Shown here: piece after piece, positions 1-12,159 of the stretch
Layout of the letters: every line of letters begins with the position of its first letter
Numbering within the stretch: position 1 is the first letter of the stretch
From: Octopus vulgaris
Taxonomy: Eukaryota
NCBI GenBank assembly: GCA_951406725.2
Contig: OX597814.1
Location: 142,972,001-143,036,000 of the forward strand
Reading direction: 5' to 3'
DNA: 64,000 bases
The notes under the pieces: generated by a model
Database searches by the model: none
What the model was told of the DNA's origin: nothing
Seen by the model: the letters and a program-made list of their open reading frames with translations, nothing else
Made by a program: the position numbers and the translations under genes

Positions 1-39
1 TTTCTTCATGCATGTTTTTCTTAATTTAACTAAGGTATC

Positions 40-129
40 TTCAGCCTGATGAGTAGCTAGTCGAGTACTCCTCGTTGAATAATTATGACTTCCGAGGTTC
101 TGCTAGCTAGGAAACATATGTAGCCTGGA
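40..129 (+). ncRNA. Type I hammerhead-ribozyme-like motif (PLE pLTR type)
   Basis: CTGATGA 46-52; stem II TAGCTAG(54-60)/CTAGCTA(103-109); GAAAC 111-115; palindromic stem III AC-ATAT-GT; GUA triplet 120-122; weak stem I TTCAGC/GCCTGGA. The stem II closing pair is G.G instead of G-C. Confidence 0.65.
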
Positions 130-197
130 TTTTACCTGGCCATTCCTTCAATTTAGTTATATAATATTTGTTTCTCTCCTTGTTTTTTCTGTGTCCC

Positions 198-231
198 TTT
201 CTGTAGAAGAGCGTAGGCTCGAAACGTAAAA
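198..231 (+). ncRNA. Second minimal hammerhead-like motif, degenerate
   Basis: CTGTAGA-A-GAGC-GTAG-GCTC-GAAAC-GTA: core has one mismatch, 4-bp stem II, loopless stem III (ACGT). Confidence 0.5.
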
Positions 232-276
232 TACTTTTTCTGTTACTGAGCGTTATACTAATACATCTGTTTTGTA

Positions 277-292
277 CACCACCTGTCTTGGC

Positions 293-341
<49 letters not shown>

Positions 342-353
342 ACCTGTCTTCGC

Positions 354-400
<47 letters not shown>

Positions 401-432
401 ACCTGTCTTCGCGTATATATATATATATATAC
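277..432. repeat. Three copies of ACCACCTGTCTT(C/G)GCGT, each followed by (TA)n
   Basis: Direct repeats at about 278, 339 and 398. Confidence 0.9.
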
Positions 433-774
433 ACGCGCGCGCATACGTAAGCAAGGAGAATGGAGTGGGCAACACATTTTACCGCATAATTCAACAATTG
501 TTTCATCAACGCTTTACCAGAAGTTTATTGCTGAGATATTATATGATATACAAAATGATACATTGTATCAGTATTATTTCGACAACCCTAGAAAACTTCA
601 ACTTCTCAGGCGTATGGATACACCAGATTGCTCCAGTCTCCTTGTTAATATTCATATAAACACCACGGATACTCAGTGATTTTCCGATATATCTTCAGTA
701 AAACGATCTGTTTTCGCCGTAAACTCTATCTGATAGCCGATACCCGTGGACTGGCTTTCTTAAGCAAACTACAA

Positions 775-912
775 GATGAATCTCCCTGAGAATTACGTTA
801 GGGGTACACGTGTCTGTGGATTGCTCAGTCACTGGCACGTTAATTTCACGAGCAAGCTATTCCGTTGATCGTATCAGCTGGGACCCTCGTCGTCGTAACC
901 AACGGAGTGCTC
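775..912 (-). mobile_element. Unclassified interspersed repeat, family D
   Basis: Reverse complement of the copy at 10078-10260 (GCACTCCGT..GTTACGAC..GATCAACGGAA..GCTCGTGAAATTAACGTG). Confidence 0.7.
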
Positions 913-979
913 CTTTATGTATGTATGTATGTATGTATGTATGTATATACGTACGTATGTATTTGTGTATGTATGCATG

Positions 980-1015
<36 letters not shown>

Positions 1016-2065
1016 ATAATATGCTTTTTTTCTTTTGAAAAGATGTTGCCTGTTTAAAAATCAAGTCGCCTAAATGCAAAACCCTATCTCATAACTTTAG
1101 ACTTAGCTATATACATATATTCACTTTTATGTATCAAGTTATGCATTTTCAAAAACCTGGTTTTGAATGTAGAATATTGTAAATCTTAAAACAATTTCGG
1201 AAATTTCAAATTCACTAACTTCCTATTGTAGGTAGAATCCTATTTCAAGGCGAATAATTACGCAGTGTTTGAATAGAAAGGAATCTTAAAAAATGTCTCT
1301 TGATAATATAATTTTGGCATTTTAAGGTTGCATACTTCGTTCTTTTACTTCTTTATTTATCGTTTTTGAAATTCCAATTAACGCTTTGTAAGCTATACCA
1401 TTATTCAATGTTATTATATTAAGACATTCCAGTGGACTAAAAGACATTTTTCTTTCATGTCGCAACGCCATTATTTTTGCAACAGATGCCATGAATGCTC
1501 TTAATTTACGTCAATGGCACCAGAAGTGTCTTAAATACAGGTGATAAATATTTCACTATATAATTCGATTCACGTCTTTTTTCTCGCTCTTTCTTCTCAA
1601 AGGCAGACGATAAATTCGATATATTTACTGCAGAGCACCTTCGATGAATATACAAACATTACCACCAGAGCAGTATTACACATCAAACCTTAAACAACAT
1701 GTTTTGCAATGGAAGAAACATTAGATCATTATTGTGTTTCTTCTATTACTTGTATTCCACTACAAACATCGCCACCACTATCCCACCGAAATAACCGCGA
1801 CCACCACTACTACTGCGGTTGCTGTTGCTGCCATATGAAGAGCGGTATAGAATTTACCACAAAATATATTGACAAGGTTAGTGGTGATAAAAGGCTAAAA
1901 TTATTTTTGTAGCCACACCTAATGTCGTCATCCTTGAATGCTCGCTAATTTTCCATAGACATTAGTATATTAGTAAAATAAATGATCCTCCTTCGGTTTC
2001 GACGATGAGTATTGCGAATGTTCAAGCAAATTGACGAGCTACTTTCCTTTGAATTATAGGATAAG

Positions 2066-2300
2066 GGAAGACGCATGGCTTAATGGCTAAGATGTTGGAC
2101 TCATGATCGTAAGATTGTGGTTTCGATTCCTGGATCCGGTGATGTGTTGTGTCTTCCAGCAAAACACTTCATTTCACGTTGAACCACTCCATTTAGCTGG
2201 GAAAATGAGTAATACTGCTACGGATTGGCGTTTCATCCAAAGAGGAATATATATATGCCAGAGAATCGTTAGTGCGCTAGACATTCGGTCAAACCGGGTC
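2066..2300 (+). mobile_element. tRNA-derived SINE, family C2
   Basis: A box TGGCTTAATGG, B box GTTTCGATTCC; homologous to 47139-47390, 49873-50070 and 4305-4518. Confidence 0.75.
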
Positions 2301-2351
2301 AGAAATATTATGTAATGACATCTTAAAACTGATATCTTAAAAAAACAAATT

Positions 2352-2721
2352 CTTTTATTCTTTTTTTCAGTCATTTGAGTGCGGTCATGCTGGAGCACCG
2401 CCTTTAGTCGAACAAATCGACTGCAGAACTTATTCTTTGTAAGCCTAGTACTTATTCTATCGGTCACTTTTGCCTAACTGTCAACCGATGGTTGGGGGAC
2501 AAACATGAACACACAAACATGTACATATATAAATAAATAAATATATATATATATATATATATATACGACGGGCTTCTTTCAGTTTCCGTCTAGCAAATCT
2601 ACTCACAAGGCTTTGATCGGCCCTAGTAGAAGACACTTACTCAAGGTGCCCCGCAGCGGGACTGAACCCGGAACCATGTGGTTGGGAAGCAAGCTTCTTA
2701 ACACACAATCACGCCTGCGCC
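2352..2721 (-). mobile_element. tRNA-derived SINE, family A
   Basis: Homologous to 22834-23275; tRNA-like head, internal microsatellite, GGTGCTCCAGCATG tail. Confidence 0.85.
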
Positions 2722-2770
2722 TGTATTGGACGTGGGAACGTAGTAGTAGTAGTATTAGTAGTAGTAGTAT

Positions 2771-2822
<52 letters not shown>

Positions 2823-2849
2823 TGTTGTTGTTGTTGTATAACTCCAGGT

Positions 2850-3455
2850 TAGCCATTATCGTATAAATCTATAATGGAAAGAATTCTATCCGTTGACCAT
2901 CCTATCTTTTTAAGAGTGTCCACGATTAAATTGTCCGACGTGTTTTTTTCTTATTTAAGAAGGCGGTGCTTGTTTTAATTGAGATTTTTACTGTTCTGTT
3001 TCGAACAATCACGTAGAAACTCCTTGATTGTTGCTGTTCCAGTTGATCTTTAACCCTAGGCTAACCTTGAACAGGTAGGCCTATGATCAAAAGTGACCCA
3101 GCCGCACCTATCCCTTCTCGTCTTTTATTGAGACATATTGTATTCAGTCCCGCTTCTTTCAAGACAGCGGTGTGTGATTTGAAGATTTGGCTGCTATTTC
3201 TAATAAGCTGACCGACCACGTAGAGGCCAACTCTTTAACTTGTAGTTTAGACTTGCTGTTCAGATCCGACTCATTTCTGATGAAACATAGCTACGATGAA
3301 AGATATTCTAGCCATGACCATCTCCACTTTTACAAAGGTGTCTCAGATTACATTAACAAATGTGTGTCCCACCTTTTTTGAAAGTTGGAGGATTTCTGTT
3401 TGAGTAAGTTTTGGCTGCTATTTCTAGCATGTTCAGTGACCATATAGAGGTTCTC
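2850..3455 (-). repeat. Three diverged tandem-like copies of family E repeat
   Basis: Recurring GATTTGGCTGCTATTTCTA-like motif near 2985, 3185 and 3410; also dispersed near 28130, 31630, 46200, 49470 and 54810. Confidence 0.6.
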
Positions 3456-3786
3456 TCTCCGAATTCTCCTTTAACGGTTACACCGTGTCACTCAGCCTAG
3501 CTGAGAATAAGACAATATAATCCAACATGCAGTGATGAATTGTACAGGATTTAATGTTAGTGTCTGGATATTGTGCACCAGAAACCGGTAGCTGTTCCAC
3601 TGCAGTTATTGATGGTGATGTTTATCCCAACACAGTGCTTTAGGGCCAGTGAGGCTATTGATGTTGCAGTTATTTCTGTCTCTGTATGTGTTCCTTATGC
3701 TGTCTGGACTGAGTACACGTAGCAGTGTACCCGTGATACATACACACGTATACAACATATAACACTGCATTAGTGGGTAAATATTC

Positions 3787-4018
3787 TTTATTTGTGGATT
3801 AACAAACCTGCTGTTAGTTTCATCTCGTAAGAAATCTCAACAATTATCAAGTCTACCAGATGAGACGTTGTTGCTTGTCTCCAGTTTATCTTCGTTTCCA
3901 TCGTATTTTCATCCAAGATAAAGACGTGCAGCGACGTCTCATGCAGCAGGCTTGACAATTGTGGAGATTTCTCTCTATATGAAACCAATGGTAGCCTTGT
4001 TGATCCATAAAGTATAAA
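3787..4018. mobile_element. Foldback element with a hammerhead-like motif in each arm
   Basis: Imperfect arms of about 100 bp (3787-3890 / 3914-4018); right arm reads AGGC-TTGACAA...GAAAC-CAATG-GTA-GCCT; related to 42124-42215 and 59784-59900. Confidence 0.7.
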
Positions 4019-4128
4019 TATATATATATTCTTGTATCGGTCATTTGAATGCATCCATGCTGGAGCACTCTCTTGAGGGTTTTTTAGGCGAACAAATCAA
4101 CCCCTGGGCTTATTTTTTATGGGTGCCC

Positions 4129-4212
<84 letters not shown>

Positions 4213-4304
4213 TGTTATCATGGACTCTTCTGTCGTTAGACAATGTATAAGAATTCTGCAATTTCTTGCTGAACACCGCACCAATGATTTGTTTATAGCA
4301 ATCA

Positions 4305-4515
4305 AATGTTTGTGTTCACATAAGCCCATTCCCTTCGCCAGATCGGCATTACTTATACAGGTGCACGGAATGCCACACGTCAGGTAACGAAATGATCACC
4401 GAACAACATGAAATCAAGTGTTTTGCTCAAGAACACAATGCAGCGCCTGCTCTGGGATTCGAAAATGCGATCTCGCAATCGTGAGTGCAACATCCTAACC
4501 ACTAAGCCATGTGCC

Positions 4516-4518
<3 letters not shown>
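4305..4518 (-). mobile_element. SINE family C2 (head plus divergent body)
   Basis: Reverse complement reads GGCACATGGCTTAGTGGTTAGGATGTTG..TTCGAATCCC..GTGTTCTTGAGCAAAACAC. Confidence 0.7.
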
Positions 4519-4585
<67 letters not shown>

Positions 4586-4825
4586 GGCGTTGGAGATGGT
4601 TTTTCGCGCAGTTTGGTGGAACTGTGAGGGGTGAAGATTGCTGTGTCGCCAGGCAGTGCCTCACGCATGTTCAAATCTGATTCTCGGTCTCTGTATTAAT
4701 CATCATGATAGTTATTTCTTTTTATTTGGTAGTGGATCTTTTTGGTTTCACAGAACAGATTGGATTTTTTAATTTTTTTTTATTTTTAGTTTTGATAATT
4801 TCAACATAAATGTATTATTATGGTG

Positions 4826-5214
<389 letters not shown>

Positions 5215-6199
5215 TCTCCCAAAAATTGTAATGATTTCAGTAATTACTTGAAAAAACTACTTCTGTACAGAAATTTCGGATCTGCTGTGTTATTAGTTTA
5301 TTGTAGTGTGACGTTGAGAGATAGGAGACTTGACAGGACTGACAAAGGTAATGATGGATCTAATGTATAGTTATACACAGTTGTTTTTTTGGGGGTTTTT
5401 TTTCTGTTGCTTTCTTACTTTACAATGTTTTTCATGTGTGTTGCAAATGTAAAGGAGTTGTTAAATCCTAATATATTGATTTCAAATTTTGGGGAAGAGG
5501 ATAAACGGATTATTTATTTTATCGAACCCGAAAGGATGAAAGGCCAAGTCGACCTCAGGGGAATTTAAACTCATAGCGTAATAGACACAGACGAAATGCC
5601 GCTACCAACTCGCCAGTCCTCTTCGTGTTTGGTACATGTTGCCGTGTAGATATGCTCTGAGTAATTGTTATTGTGGCATGAGATGCAATACAAACGTTGA
5701 TGTTGATGATGATGGTGATTACTGTACATTAACAGTTTTACTATTAGTTTTATGGTTTATGTTGGAAACAAATATTTGTCATTTTCTTTATCTAAATTTT
5801 CGTTTGTTATTTCTTTATTTAGCTGTTTGAAGCTGAATTTTATTTCGGTTGTCTACGGCTTTAGTGTATTATGTTTGAGCTTGTATTTGGTTTTTATGAG
5901 GTTAGCTGTTTCTAGTGTGTAACTGGGATTGTATTTTTATACGTTACCTTATGGGACTTCTTTAGATGCATCTGTAATAAATTTGTTGAATATATTGTAC
6001 TGCAACGTCTATGATGGCGACTGTCGGTTGATAAATTCTGTAAACCTTAATTCTGTTTCTTAGTGGAACTCGTGTCGTTATACATTTATTTATTTATTTG
6101 AAGTTTGTGAAATTGATTTTGCCTTTCTTCATTGATGTACGAGCGTGTTGGGATAGTAATTGGTGATCTGAGGAAAGTTGCGGAATTATTAGCCTAATG

Positions 6200-6890
6200 A
6201 ATTTGGTCGCTTGAAGTCGAGAATAGAAGAGAAAACCCAGGGAAGAGTTGTTGTGCGTTACTTGGTGATGTTTGTATACGCATTGATGTGGATTGTTTTT
6301 AGACATGAAGGAACTCTAGCAGCGACGACAGCATTATGTATCTATCTTGTTATCTGCACTACTTGAAAACCAGGAAGTACTGTAAGCATTTATGTAACGG
6401 CAACAGTGTTTAAGACCTGGAAACACCATTCCACGGTTGAATCATCAGTTAGTCAAATTTTAAGCATTTCTTGGTTTTGACGCAATTTTACTATGTTGTG
6501 TGAATTTGCGATGCAAGAGTCATCTGTGGTGTATCTAGGGCCACAATATTCAATGTGTCTATTTCATTTCACATGTTCTATGTCAACGGAAGAATAGCAA
6601 AACAGAGGACCAAATGGAAACTTTAGCGCGGTTCAGAGCACAAGGTCGTTCTTTACTGGGGTGGGTCAGAGATAGGGGTCTAGCAGCCCTTGAGTGACTG
6701 AGCATACATTTCTTGAACCCATGCTCACCTCCATAGTGTGGAGAAGGATGTAGAAAACGTGCCCTAAACATTGCCTGCTTCGTTTATTCAAGCCAGCGCA
6801 CCATTGATGGCAGATATCCCAAACTTGTGGACGTAAGACAAAAGGGAAACAAAAACAAACGTATCTCACCATAATCACGTGAAACGTGCA
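6200..6890 (-). pseudogene. Decayed Ty3/Gypsy integrase fragment (H2C2 zinc-binding region onward)
   Basis: Frameshifted reading CFPFVLRPQVWDICHQ..AGLNK..MFRARFLHP..KKC..GLLDP resembles the Integrase_H2C2 pattern VP..LR..IL..H..H.G..T..R.WP..C..C..GLL.P. Confidence 0.5.
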
Positions 6891-7034
6891 GACAATCACG
6901 TACAACGCCCAAAGCGAGAGTCCAGAGAGAACAACTGTGCTTGTCAAAGAATTCTCAAGATACAGTTATAGACAGCTGTTGTATTTCTTAAAGACTTTGA
7001 GTGTTATGAACGCATATTATACGAATATTATAAT

Positions 7035-7260
7035 GCGGTGAGCTGGCAGAAACGTTAGTACGCCGGGCGAAATGCGCAGCCGTATTTCGTCTGCCGTTAC
7101 GTTCTGAGTTCAAATTCCGCCGACGTCGACTTTGCCTTTCATCCTATCGGGGTCGATAAATTAAGTACCAGTTACGCACTGGGATCGATGTCGACTTAAT
7201 CCATTTGTCTGTCCTTGTTTGTCCCCTCTGTGTTTAGCCCCTTGTGGGTAGTAAAGAAAT
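7035..7260 (+). mobile_element. SINE family B, full monomer with TSD
   Basis: GCGGTGAGCTGGCAGAAACG head, B box GAGTTCAAATTCC, TTTCATCCT..GGGGTCGATAAA central domain; TSD ATATTATACGAATAT at 7014-7028 and 7261-7275. Confidence 0.9.
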
Positions 7261-7845
7261 ATATTATACGAATATAATATGGTGTTCTCTGAAGTTGGAA
7301 CACATTAGTGATTAGCATATTCAAGTTCGATGCCGCGGGAACGAATATATACGTCATTGTTTTGATCCATATTGTTCTTTATGCAAATATCAATTTATTA
7401 CACCGAAAAAAAAAGATGCGGACAATCTTCACTTAGTCTAAGAATGTTGATTTACTAAGAATTATTACAGCCAAGCAAATCAGAAAATGTTTCAAGCTGT
7501 GCTTTAAAAAATGTAGAATAAAGTAAGCAAAGAAATAGAGAACGTGAAAAGAATTTTCACTCTATTTTTATTTATCGTTTACTGGGAAAACATTTTACTT
7601 TTCTCAAAATGTACTAATTTGCATAATTCCTCGACCTTTCTTTGAAAAGATATGCCTCCTATGCAAATCTCAGCTACCTAGGTGAAAAACTGTGCCCTTC
7701 AGCTTGAGACATACAAACGTTCACTTACATATATTATGCCTGGTGTTGACAAGATGAAAGAATTTGGATTTCAGAGACTTGAAGTAAAATTATAATTATT
7801 TAAGCATTAAAGCATATATATTAGCTCTCTCTGTCTTTCTCTCTT

Positions 7846-7927
<82 letters not shown>

Positions 7928-8892
7928 GCAATTTAAATGCATTTGGGTATGATGCGAAGGAGCATAACGCGCACAAACCTTCCCAATCTACGCGTTTCCT
8001 TAAGCCAGTTATATGCAGATATGTTGGTAGATCTCTGATTTTTAAAGGCAAATTATAATTATTAGAATCCACTCATTCACCAACAAATATATAAACGCAT
8101 GCACATACATACACACACGAACAGTTCAAATGCATATAGGTGTAAATGTGCACAAATTTACGCTAAGATTTTCCTTGCGGTACTGAAGCTTGTTATAAAC
8201 CACAAATACGCATGTAATTTGCATTTTCATAAACCCCCAAGAATACATATGTGGGTATATGAATGTTAAAAATGTATGTATAAAGGCATATGAATGTTAT
8301 TTATGTACAGACATTTGTTTATGACAAGAAACACACACACACACACACACACATATATACACATAATGGTGGTTAGCCACGTTCTTTTGCATTTTCAGTT
8401 CAAAACATACCGAAGCAGACAATAGATTAAGTAGTATGGCGAATAAGCTTATTATTATAACGAGTAAAAAATGTAACGCTTCGGGATATTGTCATTCATC
8501 ATAGAGTAAAAAAGGCTGAAGAGTTGCTCTTGGTCTGGCTGGCTGTACCGTAAGCCTGCCTAACAACTTCATCGCTTCGTTCTACTCTCTGGCAAAGGGT
8601 ATGAGTTTAAAATGTTAGATTTTCATACTCCTCACAGTGATGGAATTTATCCGATATACTAGAAACCTTTGTTCTGCTTTACTGGCATTGATGCTGACAT
8701 TTATCATATTCCTCTGGTTCTGGAATTTACCATATAAAATAAAAAGTAGACAAGTTCTGAATCGATCTAATTAATTATACCTCTGTTATCAAGATGTGTC
8801 GCTCCGTGTCTGTATTATCAATCATTATTAAAAATATATTAATCTTTCTATGTATTTATATATAAATATGTTTGTAATAGAGTATAGTATAA

Positions 8893-9101
8893 TTGCTTCA
8901 AAATTTGGCACAAGGCCAGCAAAGTTTATGGGCATGTTGCAAGTCGATTACGTTAACTCCACTGATCAACTAGAATTTACTTCATCGATTCAGAAACGAT
9001 GAAAAACAAAAGTCTACCTAGGCAGAATTTCAACTCAGAACGTAAAGAATACTTCGAAACACTTTGTCCAGTGTTCCAATGATAGTGCCAGCTCGCCAAC
9101 C
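8893..9101 (-). mobile_element. SINE family B, old copy with alternative tail
   Basis: Degenerate B head; tail GGCCTTGTGCCAAATTTTGAA. Confidence 0.65.
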
Positions 9102-9146
9102 TAAGAGCATGATATAATAAAGCATAGTAAAATATAATGTAATATA

Positions 9147-9368
9147 TGAAGGGGTGCTGAAAAGTCTCTGACTTTCGGTAAAAGAAAATACAATACAGGA
9201 GGATCGGTTAATTATGAATTAATTCAACATATTCCCCTCTCAGATTCACACACTTATTGCAGTGGTCCTTTAGTTTTTCTAAGCCATGTAAAAGAACTCG
9301 GAGGATTAGGCCTCCAATCGGGCCTTTCGCGACATCCTTAAAACCAGGAACATTTCCGCATCCCCTCG
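9147..9368. mobile_element. Mariner-derived MITE (~220 bp)
   Basis: TA-flanked imperfect TIRs (CGAGGGG.TGCTGAAAAGTTCCTGGCTTT-like); minus strand encodes KCVNLRGEYVE, a typical mariner C-terminus. Confidence 0.85.
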
Positions 9369-10077
9369 TAATACGTGTATATGTGTGTATGCATGCTTGT
9401 GCGTATGTGTGTATGTATGTGTATATAATCGTTCCATGTCCATTGTCTATGCTGGCATGTGTTAGACAGGTCATCAAAGTCCGATTCCGTTTTTGTAAGA
9501 TGCTACTATCCTCGTAGGTGTTTCAGAGAATGGCATCGTTTGTATGTTCTATTTTTGACATGTTTCCTACGATTGTAAGCTCTTTTGCTTTACAGAGTAC
9601 ACTTAGTACATTTTCCCGTTGCAGCTGATTTATCACATACTGTCGTAATGTCGACCGGACAAGACTAAGATACGTAAACACATAATTCTATTGTATCAGA
9701 AATGCATATATCTTCTGCTGTTCACATCACCACCTCCAAAACTAGTGGTGAGGTTATAGGATCGGTAAAATAAGCACAGAAAGAAAATTAAGTACTGGAG
9801 TCAATTTGTTCGACTGAAACCCTTTACGATGGCACTACACCCAGCATGGCTGCAGCCCAGTGACTGGAGCTATTGGAGCAATCTCGAGTATAACCAGCCG
9901 AAATCGCAAAGATAATCTGGAACTCGACTGAGGAAAGAAAACTCCGAATGACCCGTCCTTGTTTTCTTTGTATCGTCTATCTGCATGTTTTGTTGTCCCC
10001 TTTTTTGTTTCACCTAACTGTCTTGATGTTTAGCGAGCTTGTCCCATTTTGTATTATATATATATGTATATATCATC

Positions 10078-10260
10078 GTGGCACTCCGTCGGTTACGACT
10101 ACGATGGTTCCAGATGTTCCGATCAACAGAACAGCCTGCTCGTGAAATTAATGTGCAAGTGGCTGAGCACTCCACAGATACGTGTACTCTTAACATAGTT
10201 CTTGGTGAAATTCAGCATCACAGAGTATATCATGGCCGGCCATTAGAAATACAGGTACAA
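10078..10260 (+). mobile_element. Unclassified interspersed repeat, family D
   Basis: Homologous to 775-912. Confidence 0.7.
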
Positions 10261-10263
10261 TAG

Positions 10264-10457
10264 ATACAGGAAGAAAGAGTGAGAGAGAAAGTTGCGGTGA
10301 AAGAATACAGCAGGGTTCGTCACCACCCTCTTCCGGAGCGTCGTGGAGCTTTAGGTGTTTTCGCTCAATAAACACTCACAACACGCGGTTTGGGAACTGA
10401 AATCGCGATAATATGATCGCGAGTCCGCTGCCCGAAACACTGGGCCATTGTGCTTCC
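10264..10457 (-). mobile_element. tRNA-derived SINE, family C
   Basis: A box TGGCCCAGTG and B-box-like GATTTCAGTTCCC on the minus strand; homologous to 21296-21458 and 37125-37323. Confidence 0.8.
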
Positions 10458-10568
10458 ACTTATATATATATACATATATACATATACACATATAAATACA
10501 TATACACACATATATAAATATATATATATATACATATGTATATACATATATATACATATATATGCATG

Positions 10569-10634
<66 letters not shown>

Positions 10635-10679
10635 CATACATACAAAATTAAAATAAGCAACAGGATATCAAGAAGTGAT

Positions 10680-10763
10680 GCAGTACGAGGGTTTCAAGCG
10701 GCTCCATTTAATTGAACAATGCAATCGTTACATCAATTTAAATGCAGGGCTATCATCAGCTGC
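10680..10763 (-). ncRNA. Type I hammerhead ribozyme motif with intact core
   Basis: Minus strand: GCAG-CTGATGA-T-AGC...GCT-T-GAAAC-CCTC-GTA-CTGC; perfect 4-bp stem I, extended stem II, GUA triplet. Confidence 0.75.
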
Positions 10764-10859
10764 GCAAATAAATTGAATTTTAATCAGTCAGACACATTAA
10801 TATAATTTTACTCAAATACATTAACAAAGCAAGAACATGGAAGAAATCCAAGTTGTCGC

Positions 10860-11215
10860 TATTGTAGCTAAGAATATACTACAATTCCAAGAAAGGCATG
10901 AAGCTTACTGGGTCATAGCTTGTAGTTCATTTCTAATTTGTCTTTTTATCAACTACTAAATCTAAAACTAGAGGCATATGTCTCTTTGGAATGAAGAGCA
11001 AGAGTGAGTTGATAACACCCGGCTAGGTATGGTTATAAATATTGTCAAGATATTAGGAGTAGTAAATCGGGCATAAAGTAACTGTCTATAAAGGAGTCTA
11101 GGTAGGAGAAGACCCGAAATCATGATATTAATTACCAGTTAAAGGGGCAAGATGCTAATAAAACGTATGATGTTAATACAGAGGAAATTTTATCATGGGG
11201 TACTATGGGTGATTG
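10860..11215 (-). pseudogene. Probable decayed Penelope-like GIY-YIG region
   Basis: Fragments SCPFN, YNHT and HSKETY on the minus strand, directly upstream of the hammerhead motif as expected for a PLE ORF followed by its pLTR. Confidence 0.4.
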
Positions 11216-11245
11216 TTTATAAACAATATATATATATACATATAT

Positions 11246-11342
<97 letters not shown>

Positions 11343-11343
<1 letters not shown>

Positions 11344-11560
11344 GAGGAGATGCCGAAAAGTTTCTTGCTGTCAGTAAAAGAAAATACGGGAGGACCAGTC
11401 AATTTTGATTTTATTCAACATATTCCCCTCTCAGATTCACACACTTATAGCAGCGGTCCTTCAGTTTTCCTGAGCCCTGCAAAAGAAGACGGAAGGTTGG
11501 GCCTCCAACCAGGTTTTATCGCATTGCTATTAAAGCCAGGAATTTTTCGGCAACCCCTCA
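11343..11560. mobile_element. Mariner-derived MITE
   Basis: Homologous to 9147-9368, with both TIRs. Confidence 0.85.
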
Positions 11561-12159
11561 TGTGTGTGCGTTTGTGTATGTGTGCGCGCGCGTGTGCGTG
11601 CGTGCGCGCATGTAGGGGATAGTCATTATGATCGATCTTCTCTGTAATTGCGACGACACAAGGTCATGCACTTCTAAGAATGTCATAATTGATATTACAT
11701 TTTTGACTGCTACTTTATCGACCTCTGAATGACGTAAGACAAGTTAACTATAGCAAGGTTTGAACTCACAAAATGTAGAATTTAGAAACCTTTACTAAAT
11801 GTCGCATCAAGACATTTATTTTCTCATGCGGTCAAACGATTCTACTGCTAAATACACCCTTTCATCTCTCCCGTCACCATCTTTTACTGTTTATTGCCCT
11901 TTCTGATGTCTAACCAGCCTCTTATACCACCTACTGCCCTTTCCTACTGTCCTATCTCCATCTTCTGCAATCCGCTGCACTTTCAACAGCCCCACCACCC
12001 TTTCGACACTATCACATATCACAGCCCTCTTCTGACCTCCACCACCCTTTCAGTAGACTCCACCGCCATCTTCTGTCATCTGCTGCCTTTTTTTCCCCCC
12101 ATTTCCACCACTGCCGCACCAGCGTCTTCTCTTATACGAAACTAACTAATAATCAACAG

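Noticed and set aside
277-432. Repeat-spacer pattern resembling CRISPR
   Set aside because: The spacers are (TA)n, the context is eukaryotic and there are no cas genes.
8470-8810. Possible PLE GIY-YIG remnant with a degenerate hammerhead
   Set aside because: The core motifs are incomplete and the peptide similarity is marginal.
9865-10060. CTGAGGA...CGAA hammerhead-like motif
   Set aside because: No convincing stems and no GAAAC; left as an unclassified repeat.
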